DNA of 64,000 nucleotides from Acidimicrobiia bacterium (GCA_965215185.1 OZ244034.1:3008001-3072000); one strand, 5' to 3'. Numbered from the stretch's first letter, positions 1-9,180 are shown. Notes: generated by a model not told the origin, from the letters alone. A program made the numbers and translations.

Positions 1-1
1 T

Positions 2-418
2 TCACGGCGGAATCTCAATCTGACGAACCCGGTCAATGACAATAGTGACCCCTATGACGACGTCACCACCAACCCATGGCAAGACGGCGGATGCCTGTCG
101 CGTCGACCCCGCGACGTGACCGCTACACCCGGCTCGGGTTCGCTGGAAATCAGCTGGAAGAAGCCGCTGTGGACCTTCGAGCCAACCGTCGACGGCTATC
201 TCGTGCAGTGGAAACTCGCCCACAAGCCCGATTACCCCTCCAGCCAGCAGATAATCGTCGACGGCCTTACCGACACCACCACCGTCACCATCGACAACCT
301 AGTCAGAAACGGCTACTACACCGTGCGGATCGCGGCGATCGAAGTCGATAGGCCCGGCATCCTGCGAGACCAGTTCGGTCACCAGCGCTACACAGAGTCC
401 GACTTTCTCGCCAACTGA
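2..418 (+). CDS. C-terminal part of a fibronectin type III domain protein (runs in from the window edge)
   Basis: Frame open from base 2; PRDVTATPGSGSLEISWKKP...GYLVQWK...TIDNL...YTVRIAA is an FN3 pattern. Confidence 0.8.
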   Translation, partial: SRRNLNLTNPVNDNSDPYDDVTTNPWQDGGCLSRRPRDVTATPGSGSLEISWKKPLWTFEPTVDGYLVQWKLAHKPDYPSSQQIIVDGLTDTTTVTIDNLVRNGYYTVRIAAIEVDRPGILRDQFGHQRYTESDFLAN

Positions 419-433
419 ACCGCACCGGGTTTC
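416..433 (+). mobile_element. Isolated IS3-family terminal inverted repeat remnant
   Basis: TGAACCGCACCGGGTTTC closely resembles the IS3 end TGAACCGTTCCGGGTTTC at 2417. Confidence 0.55.
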
Positions 434-670
434 ACGCAGGCTGTGGTGTACCCCGTGTTTCGCGCCCGCCGGTTCTCGTGGTGGGTACAGCGTATCTGAC
501 CGATGCGGGCGCGACAGCCCCGCCATCCAGGCGACGGCGGCGTCTGTGTATCCGACTTGGAGCGTTCCGAGCATCCATCGGACGGCTTCGAGTTCCGCGG
601 CCGCGGTCTTCGGCTCCGGCGGGCGAACTGTGGGGGTGAGCGGTAGGTCTGTTGAGGTCTAGAAGGACGC

Positions 671-902
671 CTAGATGGCGCTGGCGGGATCGGGGTTTGA
701 GGTTGGTTTTGTCAGCCAGATGGTTCCACTTGTTGACAACATCGTTGCGGGCGGACTCCCAGGCGTCGAACGCTTGGCGGTGGGTTTCGTCGTCGAGGAT
801 TTTGGGGGTGTCGACCTCGTTGCGTGGGTGAGCACGGTCGAGGCAGGCGAGGGTGTCTGCTATCGGGGTACCGTCGGGTCCGACGTAGCGGAAGAGGGGC
901 TG
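671..902 (-). pseudogene. Fragment resembling the C-terminus of SNF2-type helicases
   Basis: Start-less frame QPLFRYVGPDGTPIADTLACLDRAHP...AFDAWESARNDVVNKWNHLADKTNLKP; family recognised from memory only. Confidence 0.4.
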
Positions 903-1018
903 TTTCCAGTCGGCGGCACGTACTCAGAACATGTAACCGGGTGCGAAGACTCCGGTCGTGCACACCTTCGGTGTTCCCGTCTGAACGTCCATGTATGCGG
1001 GCTTGTGCCGCTGGGCTT

Positions 1019-2095
1019 TCAGGTCGTGGCCAGTTCCAGCATTCGCTGGTACATGGCGTGCGCGTCGAACGTGCCGGAGTTGGCGGTGACCCACTCGTCA
1101 ACGATGCCGCGAGTCGCTTCCTTCCACCGCTGGAGTTCGGCGTCTTCGAGCAACACTTTGGTGATTCCAGCGGCAGTGTTCTTCTCGGCTGCAGTGGCGC
1201 TCGCCCTGTCGTAAAACATGGCCACAGCCTCAGAAACCTGCTTGCCAGATAGATTCTCTATGGCGGCCTGTTGGTCTGTCGACAGCCTGTCCCAAGCGTC
1301 TAGGTTCATCACCAGGAACGACGCAAGCACGTAGCAGCCGCACTCTGTGCCGCTCTCCAGAACATCTGTCAGGTCATGGGTTGCCAGCGCGGTGTCAACC
1401 GTGAGCAGGCCATCAATCTCGCCTGCCTCCAATGCGCCGCGCAAATCAGGTGCGGCCATGCTCACCGGATTGGCTCCCAGCGCTTTGATCATCGCAGCCT
1501 GCACCGGACCTGACGACCGGATAGTGAGCCCGGCGATGTCGTCTGCTGTGGAGGCAACACCCTCCGCAAGCCACAAGTCGCCGGGACCCGTTGTCCATAG
1601 ACCGAGTATCTTCACGTCGTGATAGTCGTTGCGAAGGGCCTCAAACTCGTCGTAGAGCACCCAAAACGCCGCGGTGGCCTCCGACGAACTGTCAAACACG
1701 AATGGCATCTCCATCACTGCAGTCGCCGGGAAGCGCCCCGCCGAATACCCCTGGAGCGCCCATCCGATGTCCTGGCCACCCGCAGCGACGTTTGCATAGG
1801 TATCCGCTGCTGGACTCAAGGCCTGTTCCGCGTGGAACTCGACGGTGACTGAGCCAGCCGTCGCCGCGTTTACGTCTGCGGCCCACGGCTCCAGCACCTG
1901 AAGACGCAACGGATGCTTAGCAGGAAACGGGTAACCCAAGCTGAGAGTCACCGGGTCAGCTCGGTCGGAAGCGTTGTCGTTGCATGCAGCAGCCACCGCT
2001 CCGACCACCAACACCACAGCAAGAAGCCCACCCAGTCGAGTCAACACCAGTATGCGGGCTTGTGAGGTTGACCAACCGCTTCCTGTCTTCTTCAT
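1019..2095 (-). CDS. dctP: TRAP transporter substrate-binding lipoprotein (DctP family)
   Basis: Lipobox AAAC; GRFP...EMPF, GLTIRSSG and LGANPVSM motifs; no dctQM nearby. Confidence 0.9.
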   Translation of the reverse strand: MKKTGSGWSTSQARILVLTRLGGLLAVVLVVGAVAAACNDNASDRADPVTLSLGYPFPAKHPLRLQVLEPWAADVNAATAGSVTVEFHAEQALSPAADTYANVAAGGQDIGWALQGYSAGRFPATAVMEMPFVFDSSSEATAAFWVLYDEFEALRNDYHDVKILGLWTTGPGDLWLAEGVASTADDIAGLTIRSSGPVQAAMIKALGANPVSMAAPDLRGALEAGEIDGLLTVDTALATHDLTDVLESGTECGCYVLASFLVMNLDAWDRLSTDQQAAIENLSGKQVSEAVAMFYDRASATAAEKNTAAGITKVLLEDAELQRWKEATRGIVDEWVTANSGTFDAHAMYQRMLELATT

Positions 2096-2214
2096 ACGCT
2101 CACAATCCCATCATCTTCGGAGTAACACAACTCGCACATTCCCAAGTTTAAGGCTGTTCGCCCGGGGCCCCGCCAGCGGACTTCCCTCCCGCTGGGGGCC
2201 TTTGGGGGTCGGGG

Positions 2215-2416
2215 ATCTGGAACCAACGCCAGCTCCAGCGGCTCGTGATCGACTACATAGCGTACTACAACTTCCACCGGCCCCACCGATCGCTAATCCA
2301 GCGACCACCCCAACACACCACCCCCGACAACAACACGACTGACCACCCGCTACCCCTTCGACTCGTCCGAACGATCCGCTGCGATGGCCTCATCAACGAA
2401 TACAAACATGCCGCCT
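2215..2416 (+). pseudogene. C-terminal fragment of an integrase-core (rve-type) transposase
   Basis: IWNQRQLQRLVIDYIAYYNFHRPHRSLIQRPP...RCDGLINEY; cut by the IS3 end at 2417. Confidence 0.75.
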
Positions 2417-2752
2417 TGAACCGTTCCGGGTTTCCCGGAGAGTGTTTTACTTGAGTCCAGCTAGCTGGACTCGCTTTTGTTGACGATGGTAGTTGGCCTC
2501 CTTCTCTGCTGGTGGGATGTGTCCTATTGGTTCGAGGAGTCGGCGGTGGTTGAACCAGTCCACGTATTCGAGGGTGGCGTACTCGACCTGGTCGAGGTCC
2601 TTCCACGGAGCGCGTTTGTGGATGAGTTCTGTCTTGTACAGGCCGATGACGGATTCGGCGAGGGCGTTGTCGTAGGAATCCCCAACCGAGCCGACCGATG
2701 GTTCGATGCCGGCTTCGGTGAGCCGGTTCGTGTAGCGAATGGACAGATATTG
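2417..2752 (-). mobile_element. IS3-family right arm (OrfB C-terminus plus right IR), copy 1
   Basis: QYLSIRYTNRL...GDSYDNALAES...WFNHRR; ends in ...CCCGGAACGGTTCA. Confidence 0.9.
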
Positions 2753-4206
2753 CCCAGGTTCAAGGGGTCGTTGCAACACTGCCTTGTTTGAGGGAGTGTA
2801 GGTATTCGTTGAGGGCCTCGGCTGGAGTCCTCCAGCCGAGGGTTTTGCGGGGTCGGCTGTTGAGTGCTGCAGCGACAGCGTCGAGGTCGTTGCGTGAGTG
2901 TCTGTGGAGGTCGGTGCCTTTGGGGAAGTATTGGCGGAGCAGACCGTTGGTGTTCTCGTTGGTTCCACGCTGCCATGGACTCTGCGGGTCGCAGAAGTAG
3001 ATGTCGAGGTTGGCCTCTGTGCGGAGTTGAGCATGCTGAGCCATTTCGACTCCTTGGTCCCAGGTCAACGACTTCCGGAGCTGTTGGGGCAGGGTGATGA
3101 TCGACGCAGCGATAGCGTCTCGTACGGCTTGGGCGCCATGGCCGGCGAGAGGGGGCCCGTTGTGGACCCGTTGCTGTTTTCGGTGGCCTGGCATGGGTGG
3201 GAGATGCAACAGCATCGTGAACCGGGTGGTGCGCTCAACCAGCGTCCCGATCGCGGAACTCCGAAGTCCCAGGATCAGGTCACCTTCCCAGTGTCCTGGC
3301 ACTGCCCGGTCGTCGGCCTCGGCGGGGCGTTGGCTGATCATGATCTCGGGGCTGACGAAGGTGCGGCGCCGCTGCCGGGTCCGTGCCCGCGGGACCCGCA
3401 AAGCTCGCCCGGTTCGCAGACACGCCACAAGCTCCCGTTTTAGCGCGCCTCGGCCTTGCACATAGGCCGCCTGGTAGATCGCCTCGTGAGAGATCCTCAT
3501 GGACTCATTATCAGGGAAATCGATCCGGAGCCGCCTCGAGATCTGCTCAGGACTCCACGACGTTGCCCACCGCCGATCAGCTCGCCTTCCGTGACGGCGA
3601 CCCGCCCAGCGCACCTGGGGCCCTGGCACCAGCTCACCATCCGGGCGGGCGATCTGACCACCCAAACGATCCTGCACATACTCACGAAGCTCGTCGTTGG
3701 CGGCCAGCTTCGCGACCTTCGGGCGGCTGGCACGCCGCTCCGCGTGCCACTGCGCTGTCGTTGCCCGATAAACCACACCACGACTACGAGTTGCGGCGTT
3801 GCGCCGCAACTCCCGCGAAATCGTCGACGCGCAACGACCAAGGCGACGACCGATCTCCCGCACCCCCACACCCTGCGCACAGAAGATAGCGATCTCTTCC
3901 CGTTCGGTAAACGACAGATAACGGCCCGACACCGAACCCAGAGAGATCGGCGGCATCCCACCAGCCTGGCGGAACCATCTAGACCCAACCGCCGGTGACA
4001 CCCCCGCCCCGGCAGCAGCGTCCTCGCTCGAGACACCCCCAGCGATCGCTTCCCAGAACCGGACCCGATCCTCACGCCGCGCTTTCGACGGCCGACCAGG
4101 CGACCACAACTGACCCCGCATCACACGAACCGCCTCCCGACGCTTCACAACACTCACCGCAAACCTCCTTCATCACCAAGTGTTGCGACCACCAATTGAA
4201 TCCGCC
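2753..4206 (-). mobile_element. IS30-family insertion sequence
   Basis: 27-bp imperfect IRs CCCAGGTTCAAGGGGTCGTTGCAACAC and GGCGGATTCAATTGGTGGTCGCAACAC around a full transposase. Confidence 0.92.
2760..4157 (-). CDS. IS30-family transposase
   Basis: STISRELRRN HTH; GHWEGD, TWDQG, SPWQRGTNENTNGLLRQYFPKG; GGAGG RBS. Confidence 0.95.
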   Translation of the reverse strand: MSVVKRREAVRVMRGQLWSPGRPSKARREDRVRFWEAIAGGVSSEDAAAGAGVSPAVGSRWFRQAGGMPPISLGSVSGRYLSFTEREEIAIFCAQGVGVREIGRRLGRCASTISRELRRNAATRSRGVVYRATTAQWHAERRASRPKVAKLAANDELREYVQDRLGGQIARPDGELVPGPQVRWAGRRHGRRADRRWATSWSPEQISRRLRIDFPDNESMRISHEAIYQAAYVQGRGALKRELVACLRTGRALRVPRARTRQRRRTFVSPEIMISQRPAEADDRAVPGHWEGDLILGLRSSAIGTLVERTTRFTMLLHLPPMPGHRKQQRVHNGPPLAGHGAQAVRDAIAASIITLPQQLRKSLTWDQGVEMAQHAQLRTEANLDIYFCDPQSPWQRGTNENTNGLLRQYFPKGTDLHRHSRNDLDAVAAALNSRPRKTLGWRTPAEALNEYLHSLKQGSVATTP

Positions 4207-4542
4207 CAATATCTGTCCATTCGCTACACGAACCGGCTCACCGAAGCCGGCATCGAACCATCAGTCGGCTCGGTTGGGGATTCCTACGACAACGCCCTCG
4301 CCGAATCCGTCATCGGCCTATACAAGACAGAACTCATCCACAAACGCGCTCCGTGGAAGGACCTCGACCAAGTCGAGTACGCCACCCTCGAATACGTCGA
4401 CTGGTTCAACCACCGCCGGCTCCTCGAACCCATCGGAGACATCCCACCAGCAGAGAAGGAGGCCAACTACCATCGTGAGCAGAACCGAGTCCAGCTAGCT
4501 GGACTCAAGTAAAACACTCTCCGGGAAACCCGGTACGGTTCA
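4207..4542 (+). mobile_element. IS3-family right arm, copy 2 (inverted relative to copy 1)
   Basis: Same 336-bp segment as 2417-2752, about 13 mostly synonymous differences counted by eye. Confidence 0.9.
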
Positions 4543-4712
4543 CATCTCGAAGGTAACCAACGGACCCACCGAAGCCCTCAACAACCTCATAAAGCGGATC
4601 AAACGCATCGCGTTCGGGTTACCCAACTTCGCGAACTACCGAATCCGCGCCCTTCTCTACGCCGGGAAACCCAACTGGGACCTATTGGCCACCGTCACTC
4701 CCCACTGAAATC
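4543..4712 (+). pseudogene. ISL3-family transposase C-terminal fragment; its IR continues at 6192-6199
   Basis: TNGPTEALNNLIKRIKRIAFGLPNFANYRIRALLYAGKPNW; end CTGAAATC...GATGAGCC split by IS110. Confidence 0.85.
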
Positions 4713-4727
4713 CACTCATACTTAGAA

Positions 4728-4905
4728 GGTTCCTGGGCTGGGACGGGTCTGACCCAACTGAAATCTGGCCTTGTGCCTTTTCATCGATCTGTCGGCCTGT
4801 TCCCGGCCTGGGGCGTAACCCCCTGACCCGGGGCGGATGTGACCTTATAGGAGCTTTGATCTTCCTCCACCGTGAGTGGCCTGTCCACCGCTTGCCGGGT
4901 CCGGG
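4728..4905 (+). ncRNA. Predicted IS110 bridge RNA (boundaries approximate)
   Basis: Two stem-enclosed loops carrying ACTGAAATC/TCATCGAT (match target flanks) and ATAGGAGC/TGAGTGG (match element ends). Confidence 0.75.
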
Positions 4906-4944
4906 GATCGGAAATGATTCTATCCCGCAGAGGAGGAAGGTGTC

Positions 4945-6175
4945 ATGGGAGAAGATGGTCGGGTTGTGTTCGGTGGGGTTGATACCCATCGTGATACCCA
5001 TGTTGCGGCGGTGGTTGATGGCGCCGGTCGGGTCCTGGGAACGGCACCGTTCGGGGCTGATCCGGTCGGATATGAGCAGATGACCAGGTGGTTCGGAACC
5101 CACGGGCACCTGCTCCGGGTAGGAGTGGAGGGCACCGGCAGCTACGGCGCCGGCCTAGCCCGCTATCTGATGGCGGCGGGCATCGAGGTGGTAGAAGTGA
5201 ACCGGCCGAACCGGCAGTTACGCCGCCAGAGGGGCGGCAAGACCGACAGTGTCGACGCCGAGGCGGCAGCTCGGGCAGCGGCCTCGGGGCAAGCTACCGC
5301 AGTTCCCAAATCTGGTGACGGCCCGGTTGAGTGCATACGGATGTTGTTGGTGGCCCGCCGCTCGGCTACCAAGGCCCGCACCCAGGCCGCTAACCAGATC
5401 CATTCTGTGGCCGTTACCGCACCTGAACAGGTAAAACGCCAGCTCAGAGGTCTCAAGCTCAAGGCCCGGGTTCGGGTCTGTGCCCGCTGGCGTCCCGGCC
5501 AAGCACAGACCACTGCGGCGTACGCGAAGATGGCTCTACGCTACCTGGCCCGCCGATACCAAGCCCTCGACACAGAAATCGCAGAACTCAAGATCGAGAT
5601 CCGTCGCCTCTGCGCCGAGGCTAACCCGGCTCTGTTAGCCGCCAAAGGTGTGGGCCCTGACACCGCTGCCGCCCTGCTAGTCGCAGCCGGCGACAACCCC
5701 CAGCGGATGAAATCGGAACGGTCCTTCGCGGCGCTGTGTGGCGCCAGCCCCGTCCAGGCATCATCGGGACAGACCATCCGGCATCGTCTCAACCGGGGAG
5801 GTAACCGCCAAGCCAACAACGCGCTCTGGCCGATGCGCTACCACCCGGATACGCCACGACGCAGCCACCAACCAATACGTGGCACGGCGCCAGGGGGAAG
5901 GAAAGAACCGAAAAGAGATCATCCGCTGCCTCAAGCGGCACATCGCCCCACAGGTCTACCGACTGCTGACCAACCCGCCACCAACCCCGAACTGCGCCCG
6001 GCTCCGCCGCCGACGTCAACACGCCAACATCACCGTCACCCAGGCCGCCCAACAGCTCGGAACCCACCCCAGCCGCATCTCAGCACTCGAACGCGGCCGA
6101 GACCACAACCACCAACTCGCCAGCCGATACCAGACCTGGCTCCTAACCCACGAACCGGCCCCATCACCGACTTGA
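4945..6175 (+). pseudogene. IS110 recombinase with C-terminal XRE-like HTH; +1 frameshift near 5830
   Basis: GVDTH, VEGTGSYG, KTDSVDA and ASSG motifs intact; ANNALW continues as RCATTRI...RCLKR in the 5738..6175 frame. Confidence 0.88.
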
Positions 6176-6321
6176 CAACCATAGGAGCATCGATGAGCCG
6201 GTTTAGGGGGGGTGCTCTGCCCCGGGAGATCCGCATCCTCGAAGAACTCGGCATGATCAACCCCCAACCCGCCCCCCTAACCAGCGGGAAGTCCGACGCT
6301 TCTACCAAGCAGACCACACCC

Positions 6322-6465
6322 TGAGGTTGACCCGCTTCGGTGGACGCTCTAAGACTTGGGATTGTTCCCAGATAGGAGTGTTCAGAGAATGCCGAAGACG
6401 AGACGGCCGTATCCGGCGGAGTTCCGAGCGGAGATGGTTCGCGTGGTCAGGGCGGCTCGTAGCCC
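6322..6465 (+). mobile_element. IS3-family left end and truncated OrfA
   Basis: TGAGGTTGACCCGCTTCGGTGGAC end, then MPKTRRPYPAEFRAEMVRVVRAARSP from 6389. Confidence 0.75.
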
Positions 6466-6752
6466 TTTCCGAAGGACCGGGATAGGTGCCACACGCTTAC
6501 GTTGCCGATGTGGCGACCAGGCACTTCGGTACGGCGGACCGAGAAGTCGTACACTCGGGCCTCGCGCCAGGACTGCATGCTCCGTTCGACGAAGCTGGCT
6601 GCCCGGGCTCTGGTATAGGGGGCGGTCGCCCAAGGTAGGAACCGGGCCAGTTCGGTCTTGGAAGCGTTGACGGCCCGGTAAAGGGCGTCGATGTCCTGTC
6701 TCCTGAAGGGGCGTAGTACGGACCGTTCCGTGTGGCGGTCGATGGGCGGCAG
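6466..6752 (-). pseudogene. Truncated RimJ/RimL-type GNAT acetyltransferase
   Basis: TERSVLRPFRRQDIDALYRAVNASKTELARFLPWA...HIGNVSV; C-terminus replaced by IS3 remnant. Confidence 0.7.
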
Positions 6753-6833
6753 GGTTCCCGCGATGATCTGCTTATGTCCGGTCGTTCCTGGATGGGCAAA
6801 GCTGCATCGAGGAGGTTCGGCTCCGGAGACTAG

Positions 6834-6977
6834 CTAGGCGCAATCCTGCTGAACCGAATGGAACGGGTGGGGGACTCTCTCGATGACTACACCACCCGTA
6901 CCCTGGTCCTGCACGGCACCGAGGACAGCCCCGTCCCCCTTCTGCCAGTGGGCCACCGGGCGCACTTCCGTCCGTAG
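6834..6977 (+). pseudogene. Alpha/beta hydrolase fragment
   Basis: LGAILLNRMERV...TLVLHGTEDSPVP, no start or N-terminus. Confidence 0.4.
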
Positions 6978-7180
6978 ATCGGAAGGTCTATCGAAGTATC
7001 AAGTATGATTCCATTGACGAACCCCTTGGAGTAGCGCTGCTCAATGACATCATCACCCGGGTACGTGAACAGGTCAGAAGTGGGCTCCAGAAGACAGAAT
7101 CACCAGAGCCTTGGGGTCATGGGGTACGATAAGAAAACTAGTAGGATAGATTGGATAACAGGAGATAAGGAGGACTGCGT

Positions 7181-8089
7181 TTGTACACGGTCACCGGAGC
7201 CACGGGCTATACCGGCCGGTACATAGCCGCTCTGCTCCTCGACCAGGGACACGCCGTCCAGTCCATCACCGGACACCCTGACCGCCCCAACCCTCTCGGT
7301 GACCGGGTGCCGCTGTTGCCGTTCAACTTCGAGCGGCCCGACCTGTTGGAGCGGACATTGCGTGGCACCGACACGCTGTTCAACACCTACTGGATACGGT
7401 TCGCTCGTGGCGACCGCACCTTCGGGCGATGTGTCGAGGAAACACGGACTCTATTCCGGGCTGCCAAGGCTGCAGGTGTGCGCCGCGTGGTGCATGTCAG
7501 CATCACGAACCCGGACCATCAGTCGTCGCTGCCCTACTTCGCCGGGAAGGCCGAGGTCGAGGATGCGCTGCGTGCCTCTGGCCTCTCGTACGCGATAGTG
7601 CGACCGACGGTGCTGTACTCCACTGAGGACGTGCTGCTGAACAACATCGCCTGGTGTCTCCGCAGGTTTCCGTTCTTTCTCCTTCCCGGGTCGGGGACCT
7701 ACGGCATCCAGCCCGTATTCGTGGAGGACCTGGCCGCATTGGCGGTCGCGGCGGCTTGCGACGACCGGAACACCGAGATCGACGCGGTGGGCCCCGACGT
7801 GTTCGAGTTTGGCGGGATGGTGCGGCTGATCCGGGACAAGCTCCCTACCCGGTGTCTGGTGCTGCCGGCGCCCAAGCTGGTGACCTACGCAGCTGCCCGG
7901 GTCCTGGGTGTGTTCCTCCGGGATACCGTCCTCACCCGGCACGAGATTGCAGGGCTGTGCTCTGGGCTGATGGTCTCTCGCGCGGACACGCTGCCTCCGG
8001 CGCCGACGCGGCTCGCTGACTGGCTGGACCGATACGGATCAGAGCTCGGAGTGACCTACGCTTCCGAGTTCCGGCGGCATTACCGCTAG
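7181..8089 (+). CDS. NAD(P)H-binding atypical SDR (epimerase/NDUFA9-like)
   Basis: VTGATGYTG, YFAGK, IVRPT, QPVFVEDLA; AAGGAGG RBS. Confidence 0.88.
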   Translation: MYTVTGATGYTGRYIAALLLDQGHAVQSITGHPDRPNPLGDRVPLLPFNFERPDLLERTLRGTDTLFNTYWIRFARGDRTFGRCVEETRTLFRAAKAAGVRRVVHVSITNPDHQSSLPYFAGKAEVEDALRASGLSYAIVRPTVLYSTEDVLLNNIAWCLRRFPFFLLPGSGTYGIQPVFVEDLAALAVAAACDDRNTEIDAVGPDVFEFGGMVRLIRDKLPTRCLVLPAPKLVTYAAARVLGVFLRDTVLTRHEIAGLCSGLMVSRADTLPPAPTRLADWLDRYGSELGVTYASEFRRHYR

Positions 8090-8247
8090 AGGCCTGGTTT
8101 GTCAGTGACGGAGAGGTGGAGTCCTACCCCTTTGAGACGTGCAGCCATCGCCCGGATCCCTGTGAAATCCCGGGTCCTGGCTGGTGGCCAGCACAACCCG
8201 GGTACCACCACGACACCCATGGCAACTGCATTCTTGACAGCCGGCGC

Positions 8248-9031
8248 CTATCGGCCGTCCATCCACACCTGCAGTGCGATCGCGCCGGCGTCGCGTTTCT
8301 GGCGGCTGCTGATCGTGAGAGGCGTCCTCCCGGCAGGACAGAAGACGAAGAGCGATGGGTCTCCACCGATGTCGTACCAGCATGCCCGGACGGCATACGG
8401 TCGCGACCGGAGTTTGCCGCTGTCCGTCCGTTCCGAAGGTGTGCATGACCTTCCACCTGTCCAGCGCGTCGAACACGATGCGGTCCAGATGGCTTCTCGC
8501 GACGGACAGGACCACCACGTGTGGCCGCAGCGCTTCCAACAGCGAATGCCACAGCGGGAGGCCATAGACCTCGAGCGTCGCTCTATCGGAGTTGCTGAGC
8601 CTGCTCCATGTCGGGTTGGTGGCGACGGGTGAGCAGATGTCGGTGTGCAAGGCGGTCGAGGGCCAGCCCGGGTAGTAGTTCGACCTAGCGCCGTTGAGCA
8701 GCGGCTCGAAGTGTCTGAACCAGGTGTGGTACGGGTCGGTGCGGAAGTAGGCCGAGAGGGCTTTGACGTAGCGATCCCGATCGTCCGCGGTGACGCTCGC
8801 AGCGACCGGAAAACGCCGGAACGGCTTGCGTGCCGGGAACTCTTCCAACGAAGGGTTGAGGCCGACGGTAAGCATGCGCACCGGCGATCTGCAGTAGGCG
8901 TCGATGTCGCCGAAGAACAGGATCGGGATGGCAGGGCTGACGCGAGACGGCAGGCGCCCGGCGCGCTCGAACGCCCGCCATGCCTGTGCCACTAACGGGC
9001 CGAGGCGAGGGATCTGCGCGTTGCTGCCCAT
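8248..9031 (-). pseudogene. Hypothetical protein with uracil-DNA-glycosylase-like motifs; probable frameshift near 8433
   Basis: PILFFGD, TVGLNPS, HTDI, LRPHVVV; plausible coding continues in the 8248..8565 frame (ERTDSGKLRSRPY). Confidence 0.6.
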
Positions 9032-9180
9032 CTATGCGAAACCCTTACACCGTTTGATTCGAGAACTCGCGCCACCTCGAATGGTACTGAAGGCAATCGT
9101 CCGGAAAGGATGCCAGCTATGGCCTTATGAGTTCTCGCCACGTGGTTACAGCGCGAGTTTCTGGTATCTTGCGGGTCTGA

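Larger units (their letters stand above)
4713..6191 (+). mobile_element. IS110-family element
   Basis: No terminal IRs; ATC at both junctions (4710-4712, 6189-6191); 232-bp non-coding left end; DEDD recombinase gene. Confidence 0.9.

Noticed and set aside
5831-6324. C-terminal 165 aa of ORF 4945..6324 as a real domain
   Set aside because: Out-of-frame read-through after the frameshift; the IS110 motifs continue in the other frame
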